Both the position numbers and the translations under genes were made by a program. Below the pieces are notes generated by a model. It did not search any database and was not told where the DNA came from. It saw only the letters and a program-made list of their open reading frames with translations. A stretch of 39,414 nt of DNA from a virus. Position 1 is the stretch's first letter. Each line of letters begins with the position of its first letter. Below, one piece after another: positions 7,718-15,080 of the stretch. The stretch spans positions 1-39,414 of the IMG/VR virus record IMGVR_UViG_2225789004_000001. One strand, given 5' to 3'.

Positions 7718-7782
7718 CCAATAAGTATATATAGGAATAAAGACTATACTATATTGTAGGTAAATTACCTAATTGGAGTGAT
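7718..7782 (+). promoter_or_regulatory. Conserved promoter module, rightward arm
   Basis: CCAATA, TATATATA 7726..7733, 13 nt, TACTATATTGTAG 7747..7759, palindrome TAGGTAAATTACCTA 7757..7771, GGAGTGAT 7775..7782. Confidence 0.65.
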
Positions 7783-7787
7783 TAAAA

Positions 7788-8000
7788 ATGAAAATTATTG
7801 AAATGAGAATGAAATCAAAACAAATCATCGCAGAATACCAAACAAAAAATATTTTTGTTGTTGTGGATGAAGAAGTTGGACATCATCAAGTTACAAATGT
7901 GATTTCTGTTGATTCAAAAGTTGCAAAAGTTCAAGCCGGAGAATTTATCAGAGAGTTGAGAATTGATTCTTCATCAGTTGTGTTGATTTTGACGGAGTGA
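7788..8000 (+). CDS. Hypothetical early protein
   Basis: ORF track. Strong SD. Confidence 0.7.
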   Translation: MKIIEMRMKSKQIIAEYQTKNIFVVVDEEVGHHQVTNVISVDSKVAKVQAGEFIRELRIDSSSVVLILTE

Positions 8001-8233
8001 GTGAAGTGTCCGGCAGTATCATTTACAAACACATTAATAATTTAGAATCCGGCGATGTTTTGGAAGATTTATATGAAAATCATTTTATCTTCCTTCAACG
8101 AGCCGAAGAAGAATTAGAAGTCGTCAAAGTTGGCGGCGTTGGAAGTTTTTCAAAAATCTTAACCATTCCGGTTAAGAATGTTATGCAAGAAATTGGAACA
8201 GAACGATATATCAGAATTTATAAATGGAAGTGA
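7997..8233 (+). CDS. Hypothetical protein
   Basis: ORF track. GTG start overlapping the upstream TGA. Confidence 0.55.
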   Translation: MSEVSGSIIYKHINNLESGDVLEDLYENHFIFLQRAEEELEVVKVGGVGSFSKILTIPVKNVMQEIGTERYIRIYKWK

Positions 8234-8472
8234 AGCAAATGCCAGAAGAAATTATTATCACAACGGAAGAAATGGAAAATTCGGCGAGGGTTCTTCGCCT
8301 GCTCGGAACGAATGAAGGACTTGCCGAGTTGAAAGAACGAAAAGACATCAAACCGGAAGATGTTTCAAATGGATTGCGAACCGCATGGGTGATTGTTACA
8401 TCTCTAATTGAAGCAAAGACGGAATTAATCCTGACAAACGACCCGGCGGCAGAGAAGGTGGAATTGAAATGA
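8224..8472 (+). CDS. Hypothetical protein
   Basis: ORF track. Overlapping starts and stops suggest translational coupling. Confidence 0.6.
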   Translation: MEVKQMPEEIIITTEEMENSARVLRLLGTNEGLAELKERKDIKPEDVSNGLRTAWVIVTSLIEAKTELILTNDPAAEKVELK

Positions 8473-8777
8473 AATTCACGCCGGAACAAGAGAAAGTTAT
8501 GCAATCCGCAATCGCAACTTTCGGAATTGATGACCAAACCATCAAAGCGATTGAAGAGTTTTCGGAACTTAATGTTGAGTTGGCGAAAATGGTAAATGCA
8601 CCGGACTTCTTCGACCAAGAAAGATACGATGCTATGGTTGAGGAAATGGCGGATTCGCATATCATGCTTTATCAACTCAAAACGATGTATAAGGTTTCAG
8701 ATGAGGAATTGAATCTGAAAATTTTTGAAAAATTGAAACGTCTCGAAGAATTAATTGATTTTGTGAGAAGTGATTAA
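8469..8777 (+). CDS. MazG-like nucleotide pyrophosphohydrolase (small, all-helical)
   Basis: EEFSELNVELAK and MVEEMADSHIMLYQL resemble the paired EExxE/D metal-binding helices of MazG-type NTP-PPases. ATGA overlap with the upstream gene. Confidence 0.5.
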   Translation: MKFTPEQEKVMQSAIATFGIDDQTIKAIEEFSELNVELAKMVNAPDFFDQERYDAMVEEMADSHIMLYQLKTMYKVSDEELNLKIFEKLKRLEELIDFVRSD

Positions 8778-8778
8778 G

Positions 8779-8871
8779 ATGATTTTTCTCTTTCTCGCAC
8801 TCTGTTGTCTTTCTTTTGGAGTCGGAATGTATCTGGGTGCGAATATATGGCGGTTGAAACATGAGTTTTAA
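8779..8871 (+). CDS. 30-aa hydrophobic peptide
   Basis: Hand translation: MIFLFLALCCLSFGVGMYLGANIWRLKHEF. Confidence 0.4.
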   Translation: MIFLFLALCCLSFGVGMYLGANIWRLKHEF

Positions 8872-9025
8872 AGATTTCTTTGAATTATTTGGTGCGATTT
8901 CCCTTTTCATCATTCTCATGATAATCAGAGTCCTGATTGATTGGAAATTCTGGTTGATGTTTTTGATAATTTTGATTATCTCAATTCTTCTTGGAATTGT
9001 TAATATTTCAATTAATTTTAATTGA
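8861..9025 (+). CDS. 54-aa membrane protein
   Basis: Hand translation: MSFKDFFELFGAISLFIILMIIRVLIDWKFWLMFLIILIISILLGIVNISINFN. Confidence 0.45.
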   Translation: MSFKDFFELFGAISLFIILMIIRVLIDWKFWLMFLIILIISILLGIVNISINFN

Positions 9026-9026
9026 G

Positions 9027-9064
9027 ATATAGGCGAAATGCCTATATTTCTAACCCTATTTTTT
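9027..9064 (+). terminator. Intrinsic terminator-like hairpin
   Basis: atataggc (9027..9034) and gcctatat (9040..9047), then a T-rich tail. Confidence 0.5.
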
Positions 9065-9097
9065 ACAGTAAAAGGATAGACTATTTGGACTAAAAAT

Positions 9098-9514
9098 ATG
9101 TGGCAAATTGCTGACATGATTCTGGCACGGAAGATAAGCGAATCTTTGCGGATGAAATCCGATTTCCGGATAAACGGAGTTTCGGTTATTTTCATTTCCG
9201 CAGATAAAATTTTTCCATATCATCTTGATTTTTTCTTGGAAGATGGCGACACTATCAATCTTGATTTCTTGGTTAATCGCACTGTCGATATAGATTTCGA
9301 TTATGAATACTATGATGAGAGAGAAGAATTTATTTTCGAGATTATTGAAATGAGTTCCGGCTTGAATCAGTTCGATAAAGAGAAAAGGAATAGGATGTTA
9401 TTGAAAGAAGAATATTTATCGCCGCCGGAACTAAAAAGATTGCTCGCAATAGAAGGATTTTATGAATATCAAAAATTCAGAGTAAAAAACGGACAAAGAG
9501 TATATATAGGATGA
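9098..9514 (+). CDS. Hypothetical protein
   Basis: ORF track. Its 3-prime end overlaps the next promoter module. Confidence 0.65.
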   Translation: MWQIADMILARKISESLRMKSDFRINGVSVIFISADKIFPYHLDFFLEDGDTINLDFLVNRTVDIDFDYEYYDEREEFIFEIIEMSSGLNQFDKEKRNRMLLKEEYLSPPELKRLLAIEGFYEYQKFRVKNGQRVYIG

Positions 9515-9557
9515 AATACTATACTATATTGTAGGTAAATTACCTAATTGGAGTGAT
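9494..9557 (+). promoter_or_regulatory. Conserved promoter module
   Basis: TATATATA 9501..9508, 13 nt, TACTATATTGTAG 9522..9534, TAGGTAAATTACCTA hairpin, GGAGTGAT 9550..9557. Confidence 0.65.
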
Positions 9558-9562
9558 AAGAA

Positions 9563-9751
9563 ATGATTTATAGAGTTTGTTATAGCAGTATTCATTATGA
9601 TGCCGAAGAAGATGATGAATTTTCCGCATTTGATTCGGATTATTTCTCAACCAGAGAAAAAGCAGAAGAGTTTGCCAAGAAGGTCAGCGGCGATGTCGAT
9701 GAAATCACCGAAGAACATTTTGAAAGATTGAGAGTTCCGTTGAGAGGTTAA
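9563..9751 (+). CDS. Acidic hypothetical protein
   Basis: ORF track. Confidence 0.7.
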   Translation: MIYRVCYSSIHYDAEEDDEFSAFDSDYFSTREKAEEFAKKVSGDVDEITEEHFERLRVPLRG

Positions 9752-9754
9752 AAA

Positions 9755-10144
9755 ATGTCAAAATTTATAAACCTCAACACAAATCCGCACAATCGTCAAG
9801 TCGGCGATTGTGTTGTTCGTGCAATCGGGATGGCAACGAACCAAACGTGGGATGAAACCTTCGATGAGTTGTGCCAGATTGCCAGAGAAACAAAATCCAT
9901 GCCTGATGGAGATGATGTTTACGGACTTCTCTTGGCAAGACATGGGTTTCAGAGGATTCCGATTATTGTCAAGAAAAATTCAAAACGACCGACCGTCAGT
10001 CAGATGTGCGAACTTTGTCCAAAACAAGAATTTATCGTTTGCAAAGTGGCACATCATCTTGTCGCCGTGTCAAGAGATGGATATTATGATACATGGGATT
10101 CCGGCGATAAACCGCTTTATGCGTATTTCAAGAAGGTGGATTGA
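9755..10144 (+). CDS. Putative papain-like Cys/His peptidase
   Basis: VGDCVVRAIGMA (candidate nucleophile Cys) and AHHLVAVSRDGYYDTWDSG (candidate His/Asp). The fold assignment rests on motif resemblance only. Confidence 0.4.
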   Translation: MSKFINLNTNPHNRQVGDCVVRAIGMATNQTWDETFDELCQIARETKSMPDGDDVYGLLLARHGFQRIPIIVKKNSKRPTVSQMCELCPKQEFIVCKVAHHLVAVSRDGYYDTWDSGDKPLYAYFKKVD

Positions 10145-10446
10145 TGCCAGTTAATCTTCCATCCAATTCTCACGCATGGGGCGTTGTCAAAGGTTTCTCT
10201 ATCGGCGGCTGTTGGGTAAGTCCAAGTGGTGAAGTTGTCTGGACGGCATTTTCAAAACATGAAGATGTCGCACAATGTATCGTCCAGAAGAACTGGGTGC
10301 AGATAAGCGGACAGGATTTAACTCAATCAATCAGAGTTTATTCCAAAACCTCTGAAAGATTGACATCGCAACAACGCAGAGTTCTTGTGGAATTTGCGAT
10401 TGATGCAAAAGTTAAGACAGAAAATATTTCATTTGAATCATCTTAA
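10144..10446 (+). CDS. Hypothetical protein
   Basis: ORF track 10141..10446. ATG at 10144. Confidence 0.6.
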   Translation: MPVNLPSNSHAWGVVKGFSIGGCWVSPSGEVVWTAFSKHEDVAQCIVQKNWVQISGQDLTQSIRVYSKTSERLTSQQRRVLVEFAIDAKVKTENISFESS

Positions 10447-10515
10447 CCAATAGTTATTTATAGGAACGGATACTTTACTATATTGTAGTTTCAAAATACT
10501 ACAATTTGGAGTGAT
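10446..10515 (+). promoter_or_regulatory. Conserved promoter module (TATTTATA variant)
   Basis: AACCAATA, TATTTATA 10455..10462, 13 nt, TACTATATTGTAG 10476..10488, hairpin GTAGT/ACTAC, GGAGTGAT 10508..10515. Confidence 0.6.
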
Positions 10516-10519
10516 AAAT

Positions 10520-10645
10520 ATGCAGTATAATAAAAACATGACAGCTTGCGAAATCGAAAGTCAGTTGGAAAGAATCCAGAAGGAATATTTTGTTTCAGAA
10601 TCCGAAGCACGAGATATGTTCATTAATATGCGAATGGATGTGTAA
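10520..10645 (+). CDS. 41-aa protein
   Basis: Hand translation: MQYNKNMTACEIESQLERIQKEYFVSESEARDMFINMRMDV. Sits behind the promoter module and SD. Confidence 0.5.
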   Translation: MQYNKNMTACEIESQLERIQKEYFVSESEARDMFINMRMDV

Positions 10646-10647
10646 TC

Positions 10648-10740
10648 ATGTGCGAAGAATATGAATATGACCAATGCGAATGTCAAGATGAATACATGGA
10701 TGATTACGACCGGATTCCAAATTATGATGATTGGGAGTGA
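10648..10740 (+). CDS. 30-aa acidic Cys-containing peptide
   Basis: Hand translation: MCEEYEYDQCECQDEYMDDYDRIPNYDDWE. Confidence 0.4.
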   Translation: MCEEYEYDQCECQDEYMDDYDRIPNYDDWE

Positions 10741-10746
10741 TTTCTT

Positions 10747-10893
10747 ATGAAACAAGAAACCGTAACTGATTGTAAAACGAGGAAAGAAGTTTTTGAAAAA
10801 CTTCCATGGGCGAACAGAGTCGCCAAAGTTGAAGGCGGTTTTATCGCTTTTGAATCCATAGATGCTTATGAAAGATGGAATGAGCAGATTTAA
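10747..10893 (+). CDS. 48-aa protein
   Basis: Hand translation: MKQETVTDCKTRKEVFEKLPWANRVAKVEGGFIAFESIDAYERWNEQI. SD GGGAGTGAT upstream. Confidence 0.5.
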   Translation: MKQETVTDCKTRKEVFEKLPWANRVAKVEGGFIAFESIDAYERWNEQI

Positions 10894-10907
10894 TTCCATC
10901 TTTTTTC
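10874..10907 (+). terminator. Intrinsic terminator
   Basis: gatggaat (10874..10881) and attccatc (10893..10900), followed by TTTTTT. Confidence 0.65.
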
Positions 10908-11003
10908 ATTCTGCCGGAGTGAAAATCGGAAACACTTGCGAAGTCCGTTCAAATCGGAACTCTGGCAACTTAAATTATGTATCTTAAAAAGGAGTGATAT
11001 ATC

Positions 11004-11252
11004 ATGGTAAAAATTGAAAATAAAATCGAAATTACAGAAATCAAAACAGTCGATGACTTCATGTCTGCGTTCCGCACCGTCAAAGCCAAAAAACTTACCA
11101 ACTTTGAAGTTCAGTGCAATGAAGTCGGCGAATACTCCGTCCTTGCGTGGGCTGATGATGTTCCGGCAACCCCCAAACCCAAAGTCGAAGCAGAAACAGA
11201 AGGTGAGACCGTCTATTCTGACGAACCGCCATCCGGCACGGAGTTTGAGTAA
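11004..11252 (+). CDS. Hypothetical protein
   Basis: ORF track. AAAGGAGTGAT SD upstream. Confidence 0.65.
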   Translation: MVKIENKIEITEIKTVDDFMSAFRTVKAKKLTNFEVQCNEVGEYSVLAWADDVPATPKPKVEAETEGETVYSDEPPSGTEFE

Positions 11253-11261
11253 TCACGCTTT

Positions 11262-11298
11262 CCGGCGACCCCATATCGCCGGATTCATCTTTCTTTTT
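11262..11298 (+). terminator. Hairpin with T-rich tail
   Basis: ccggcga (11262..11268) and tcgccgg (11276..11282). Confidence 0.45.
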
Positions 11299-11310
11299 GG
11301 AGTGAGAAAA

Positions 11311-11523
11311 ATGTCTGAAATCAGAGTCGAACTTTTCATTGTGAAAAAGAACAATGATGGTTCGTTCACCAAAGATGGCGAAATTGATTACAATATTCCG
11401 GCTCGTGAGCAGTATGACTGTTTGACATGGCAAGAAGCGATGGCAAGAGTTCAGAAGATTTACGAAGTTGAAGATATGTCAAAACAAGTTATCACCATCA
11501 GAGAAATCGGAAATGCCTACTAA
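11311..11523 (+). CDS. Hypothetical protein
   Basis: ATG 11311 follows TGGAGTGAGAAAA. It is the C-terminal part of track ORF 11014..11523. Confidence 0.65.
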   Translation: MSEIRVELFIVKKNNDGSFTKDGEIDYNIPAREQYDCLTWQEAMARVQKIYEVEDMSKQVITIREIGNAY

Positions 11524-11869
11524 TGTTAGATGTCCGCAGTCTTGCCTTCATCGAATGAGTTCCGGTCTTTGCGGTAAGGAATCCATTGAATTAGGCGTGG
11601 ATGAGACGATTTGTAAAAGTTTCCAACCTGATGTCAATATCAGAGATTTCGAAAGCGTTCAAACCGATTCACGACTTCAAATTCATGCCAAGAGCAAGAG
11701 AAGACCGGAATATACCGTTTGTGGAATAAAATTGTATCCGGTGACATCATTGCGGAAGCAACGAACCGAAACTGAAAGTTTTCAGAAATATCAAAATTCC
11801 GGCAAGGCGTGTAAAACCTGCCAGATTCGAATTAGACAAATGAGTAGTGAGAAAAAGAAATGGAGTTGA
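11513..11869 (+). CDS. Cys-rich basic protein
   Basis: Track ORF 11468..11869. ATG 11513 overlaps the end of the upstream gene. CPQSC...C...C and CKTC motifs. Confidence 0.5.
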   Translation: MPTNVRCPQSCLHRMSSGLCGKESIELGVDETICKSFQPDVNIRDFESVQTDSRLQIHAKSKRRPEYTVCGIKLYPVTSLRKQRTETESFQKYQNSGKACKTCQIRIRQMSSEKKKWS

Positions 11870-11874
11870 AATAA

Positions 11875-12114
11875 ATGAGAATGGAAAAAGTTGAAAATAA
11901 ACAAGAAATGGAAGATTCAATGTTGAGTTACATGAGACAAGGATACTCCATCAAAATGAGAGATGAGAAATCGGTGACGATGGTTAAGAGAAGTTACGGC
12001 AATATTGGAATCCATATTGTCCTCGCATTATTCACATTTTTAATCGGCAATGCGTTATACGCCGCCTTCTGTTATGCCGCAAAAAGCGATGAAGTTTTTA
12101 TCCAAATCGTTTAA
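11875..12114 (+). CDS. Membrane-anchored small protein
   Basis: ORF track. Hydrophobic IHIVLALFTFLIGNALYAAFCYAA segment. Confidence 0.6.
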   Translation: MRMEKVENKQEMEDSMLSYMRQGYSIKMRDEKSVTMVKRSYGNIGIHIVLALFTFLIGNALYAAFCYAAKSDEVFIQIV

Positions 12115-12141
12115 TTTTTTTATTTTTTTTTTCAAAACATT

Positions 12142-12211
12142 CCAAAGATTATATATAGGAAGACATCCCTATATAGTATTGTAGTAAAATGATACTACAA
12201 CTTGGAGTGAT
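12142..12211 (+). promoter_or_regulatory. Conserved promoter module (last one before the long rightward operon)
   Basis: CCAAAGAT, TATATATA 12150..12157, 13 nt, ATATAGTATTGTAG, hairpin GTAGTA/TACTAC, GGAGTGAT 12204..12211. Preceded by a long T-run. Confidence 0.6.
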
Positions 12212-12215
12212 TAAA

Positions 12216-12713
12216 ATGAAAACTTTGAACCAACTTTTGATTGAAAAGAAAATCGCATCTGAAAAATACAGTAATGCAATTCGCACGATGGATTGGATGG
12301 GTGAAGATAAAGACTTTGTTGAATCTTATCGAATTGCTTGTATCAATAAAGATGCCGAAGTTGCTCAAAAGAGACAAGAGAATAGAGATTGTGACAAATA
12401 TCTCGAAGAAGAGAGAAAACACCAAACCACTTTTAAAAATCTTCCGGAAGAATTTAAAAACATTGTTCCGAAAATTATGGAAATGGCAGAAACAGAAAAT
12501 AGATTCTGGGGTGAATGTTATGCGATTTCGTTTTATAATAAAGTCGCAAAATACACCAAAGGAAATGAGGAGATTAAAAGATTTTACTTCACCGGAGTTG
12601 AAGTTCTTGGTTTGGTAATCGGAAATGGCGGTGCTTTCGAAGTCAGAACAATTTTCGCAGGCGGTTGGAATGTTCAGAGATTTCATTACAGGGTTATCGT
12701 AACCCCTGTTTAA
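12216..12713 (+). CDS. Hypothetical protein
   Basis: Track ORF 12189..12713. ATG 12216 follows the SD. Confidence 0.7.
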   Translation: MKTLNQLLIEKKIASEKYSNAIRTMDWMGEDKDFVESYRIACINKDAEVAQKRQENRDCDKYLEEERKHQTTFKNLPEEFKNIVPKIMEMAETENRFWGECYAISFYNKVAKYTKGNEEIKRFYFTGVEVLGLVIGNGGAFEVRTIFAGGWNVQRFHYRVIVTPV

Positions 12714-12776
12714 TTTTTTTAAAGGAATAATCCAAACTTTTATCTCTTTTGAATTCATCATCTTTCTTGGTGATTT

Positions 12777-13238
12777 ATGATGAATTCATTTATTTACAAT
12801 CTTCTGCGACCTCTCGTTATTAAATGGGAAGTCCACAATGCTGACATCTGGCGTTCCAAACTTGATTCCGGTGAAACAATTACGGCGGTGGAACTGAAAA
12901 GAAGTTTTCCGTTTATCCTTCGTTGTGCCGATTCAGAATATCGAGTCATCGACTACGATGCTTTGGTTGAATTTGTGAAATTTGACTGGACGGATTCGAA
13001 GAAATATAAACCGGAAGAATTCGACTGTGACAATTACGGTGCGGAATTCGATGGGAAAATCAAATCATTCGGTAACTTCACTTGTGCAAGAGTGCATGGT
13101 TATTTCTCTTGGGTGAATGGAAATCATGAATGTATTTGCTGTTATACAACCAAAGGATGGATTCTCTTGGAACCTCAAAACAATACCTTCTATCCGATTG
13201 AAGATTATATTAAATGGGGCGAACTCTCGTTGATGTAA
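12777..13238 (+). CDS. Transglutaminase-like Cys peptidase (candidate lysin)
   Basis: FDCDNYGAEF ... ARVHGYFSWVNGNHECICCY ... GWILLEPQN matches the Cys / His / acidic-residue spacing of transglutaminase-fold peptidases. Confidence 0.45.
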   Translation: MMNSFIYNLLRPLVIKWEVHNADIWRSKLDSGETITAVELKRSFPFILRCADSEYRVIDYDALVEFVKFDWTDSKKYKPEEFDCDNYGAEFDGKIKSFGNFTCARVHGYFSWVNGNHECICCYTTKGWILLEPQNNTFYPIEDYIKWGELSLM

Positions 13239-13295
13239 TTATTTTAAATACCATTAGAGCCATGTTGTTTTATTTACACTTCAAAACGTGACAGC

Positions 13296-13805
13296 ATGGC
13301 ATCTTCTCAATTACCAAAAACTCTGGAATTTTGGCTCTCGGATAAAGGGCTTCTCATTTTGAATAGTTTCGGTAGAGCCGGAATGACTGTTAAAGAAGTG
13401 TGTGAAAAAATCTCTATTTCTCAAAAAATATTTAAAGCATGGATGGAAACACACCATTCGATTCGAAATGCGTTTAATCTGGAAGAACGGAATTATATTG
13501 ATATTGTTGAAGGCAAACTTTTAAAAGCCGTAACCAATGAAATTGAAACCTACAACGAAAAAAGCGTTGTTGAAAGAATTGTTTATGATTCCGAAGGTAA
13601 ACAAGTTGGTAAGGTTGTCACAAAAAAGACAGTTGAAAAGCCGATTAAAATCGAATCTGAATTAATGAAATTTTATCTCACCAATCGTGCGGCAGATAAA
13701 TGGGCGTATTCACCTGAACCAATTAAGAAACGAAATGTTTCAAAATTAGAGGAAATTATGCAAGAATGGGTATCGGAAAGCAATAAAGAGAGTGATGAAG
13801 AATGA
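13296..13805 (+). CDS. terS: Terminase small subunit-like HTH protein
   Basis: N-terminal HTH (GMTVKEVCEKISISQKIFKAWM), then ...IVEGKLLKAV... and ...FYLTNRAADKW... typical of TerS proteins. Positioned upstream of terL. Confidence 0.5.
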   Translation: MASSQLPKTLEFWLSDKGLLILNSFGRAGMTVKEVCEKISISQKIFKAWMETHHSIRNAFNLEERNYIDIVEGKLLKAVTNEIETYNEKSVVERIVYDSEGKQVGKVVTKKTVEKPIKIESELMKFYLTNRAADKWAYSPEPIKKRNVSKLEEIMQEWVSESNKESDEE

Positions 13806-14521
13806 AAGTTTTAGTTACCGGAACAACACACGGAATTGGACATTCAATTGCAAGGTTATTCTTGGAAGAAGGACATTTGGTTGTCGGGTTGGATATTGAA
13901 CCTGAAATCGACCCTTTAAGTGCCGAGTTTGCCGATTGGAAATTTTATCAATGTGATGTCGGAAAGCCGGAAGAATTGCCGGACGAATCTGATTTTGAAA
14001 TCATCGTAAATAACGCCGCAACTACGGATGAAAAATCCGCAATTCAGACCAATCTTCTTGGTTATGTGAATGTTGGTGAAAAATACGCTTTCCAAGAAAG
14101 AATTAAATCAGTTGTAAACATTTGTTCAATATCATCAGTTAGTGGAATTGAATTGCCGAATTATTGCATTTCAAAAGGCGGTAATTTAGCATATTCACAA
14201 AACTTATCTCTTCGATTAGCACCAAGAGCAACAGTAAATGCGATTATCTGCGGCGGTGTGATTACTAAAATAAATCAAGAGATTTTAGATGACGAGAAAC
14301 TTTACCAAATGTGTAAAGACGAAACCCTTCTTGGAAAATGGTGTCAGCCAAGAGAAGTGGCAGATTTAGTTTATTATTTGACAGTTGGAAATAAATCTAT
14401 CACTGGACAAACTATAACTATTGATAACGGTGAATGTGCCAAATTCAATTTTATTGGAACTTCCGAAGTTAAAAATGAATTTTATAAATCACAGTTTAAA
14501 AGGAGTGAATTATATGAGTAA
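13802..14521 (+). CDS. Classical short-chain dehydrogenase/reductase (SDR)
   Basis: TGTTHGIGHSIA (TGxxxGxG), NNAA, catalytic Ser region CSISSVSG, YCISK (YxxxK). Confidence 0.85.
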   Translation: MKVLVTGTTHGIGHSIARLFLEEGHLVVGLDIEPEIDPLSAEFADWKFYQCDVGKPEELPDESDFEIIVNNAATTDEKSAIQTNLLGYVNVGEKYAFQERIKSVVNICSISSVSGIELPNYCISKGGNLAYSQNLSLRLAPRATVNAIICGGVITKINQEILDDEKLYQMCKDETLLGKWCQPREVADLVYYLTVGNKSITGQTITIDNGECAKFNFIGTSEVKNEFYKSQFKRSELYE

Positions 14522-15080
14522 AACAAACGAAATTTCTGTTCTCGATATTGATATTGAACAAATTAAAAAATATGAAAACAACCCAAGAGAAAATGCGGAA
14601 TCAATTCCTTATGTTGTAAACTCAATTAAGGAATATGGGTTTAAAAATCCAATTGTTTTGGATTCCAACATGGTTATTATCGCCGGACATACAAGATTTG
14701 AAGCCGCAAAGATTCTTGAAATGAAAACAGTTCCGTGTATAATTGCGGAAGATTTGACGGAAGAGCAGGCACGAGAGTTCCGATTAATTGACAATAAAAC
14801 TGCGGAATTGTCTTATTGGAATTTTGATAAACTTTTAGAAGAGATTTCGCATTTGGAGTGCGATTTAACGCAATATGGATTCAATGACATTCAAGATAGT
14901 ATTCGAGATTTAGATGATGTTGATGAAATTACAGAAGATAATTATAAGAATCCGGAACAAGCGAAAAAGAAATGTCCGGCTTGCGGTCATGTTGATTTCG
15001 TTGTAAATTTCAGAATTGTTAAAAATGAAGCAGTATCATCAACACCAACTTTCGAAGAACCTGACGAGGAATTTGAGTGA
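14514..15080 (+). CDS. ParB N-terminal (ParB/Srx) domain protein with C-terminal Zn ribbon, DpdB-like
   Basis: YENNPRENAESIPYVVNSIKEYGFKNPIVL..IIAGHTRFEAAKILEMKTVPCII. CPACGH near the C-terminus. ATG 14514 follows AAAGGAGTGAAT. Confidence 0.75.
   Translation: MSKTNEISVLDIDIEQIKKYENNPRENAESIPYVVNSIKEYGFKNPIVLDSNMVIIAGHTRFEAAKILEMKTVPCIIAEDLTEEQAREFRLIDNKTAELSYWNFDKLLEEISHLECDLTQYGFNDIQDSIRDLDDVDEITEDNYKNPEQAKKKCPACGHVDFVVNFRIVKNEAVSSTPTFEEPDEEFE

Noticed and set aside
6907-7787. Suppressor tRNA (anticodon CUA) or any tRNA in the large non-coding region and other spacers
   Set aside because: I looked for T-loop-like GTTCGAATC/GTTCAAATC strings, acceptor-stem complementarity and TCTAA anticodon-loop contexts in all spacers. 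I found nothing cloverleaf-like. tcgaatc strings at about 7399 and about 7560 lack flanking stems. This is a by-eye negative and needs tRNAscan-SE or ARAGORN.
10561-10899. 112-aa minus-strand ORF
   Set aside because: It lies antisense to three short plus-strand ORFs that each have an SD and sit behind a promoter module and before a terminator. It has no SD of its own, and its sequence is hydrophobic and low in complexity, typical of a shadow ORF.
11014-11310. N-terminal 99 codons of the 169-aa ORF 11014..11523
   Set aside because: This part overlaps gene 11004..11252 in another frame and crosses a hairpin terminator. Only the part from ATG 11311 (with SD) is credible.
12195-12761. 188-aa minus-strand ORF, and similar long antisense ORFs at 8211..8675 and 8677..9195
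   Set aside because: They lie antisense to well-supported plus-strand genes in a unidirectional operon and have no RBS. They are AT-rich shadow frames.
14514-15080. ParB-like protein as a plasmid-prophage partition system
   Set aside because: There is no ParA/Walker ATPase partner and I recognised no parS-like repeats. The gene is translationally coupled to the DpdA-like gene, so a DpdB-like role fits better.
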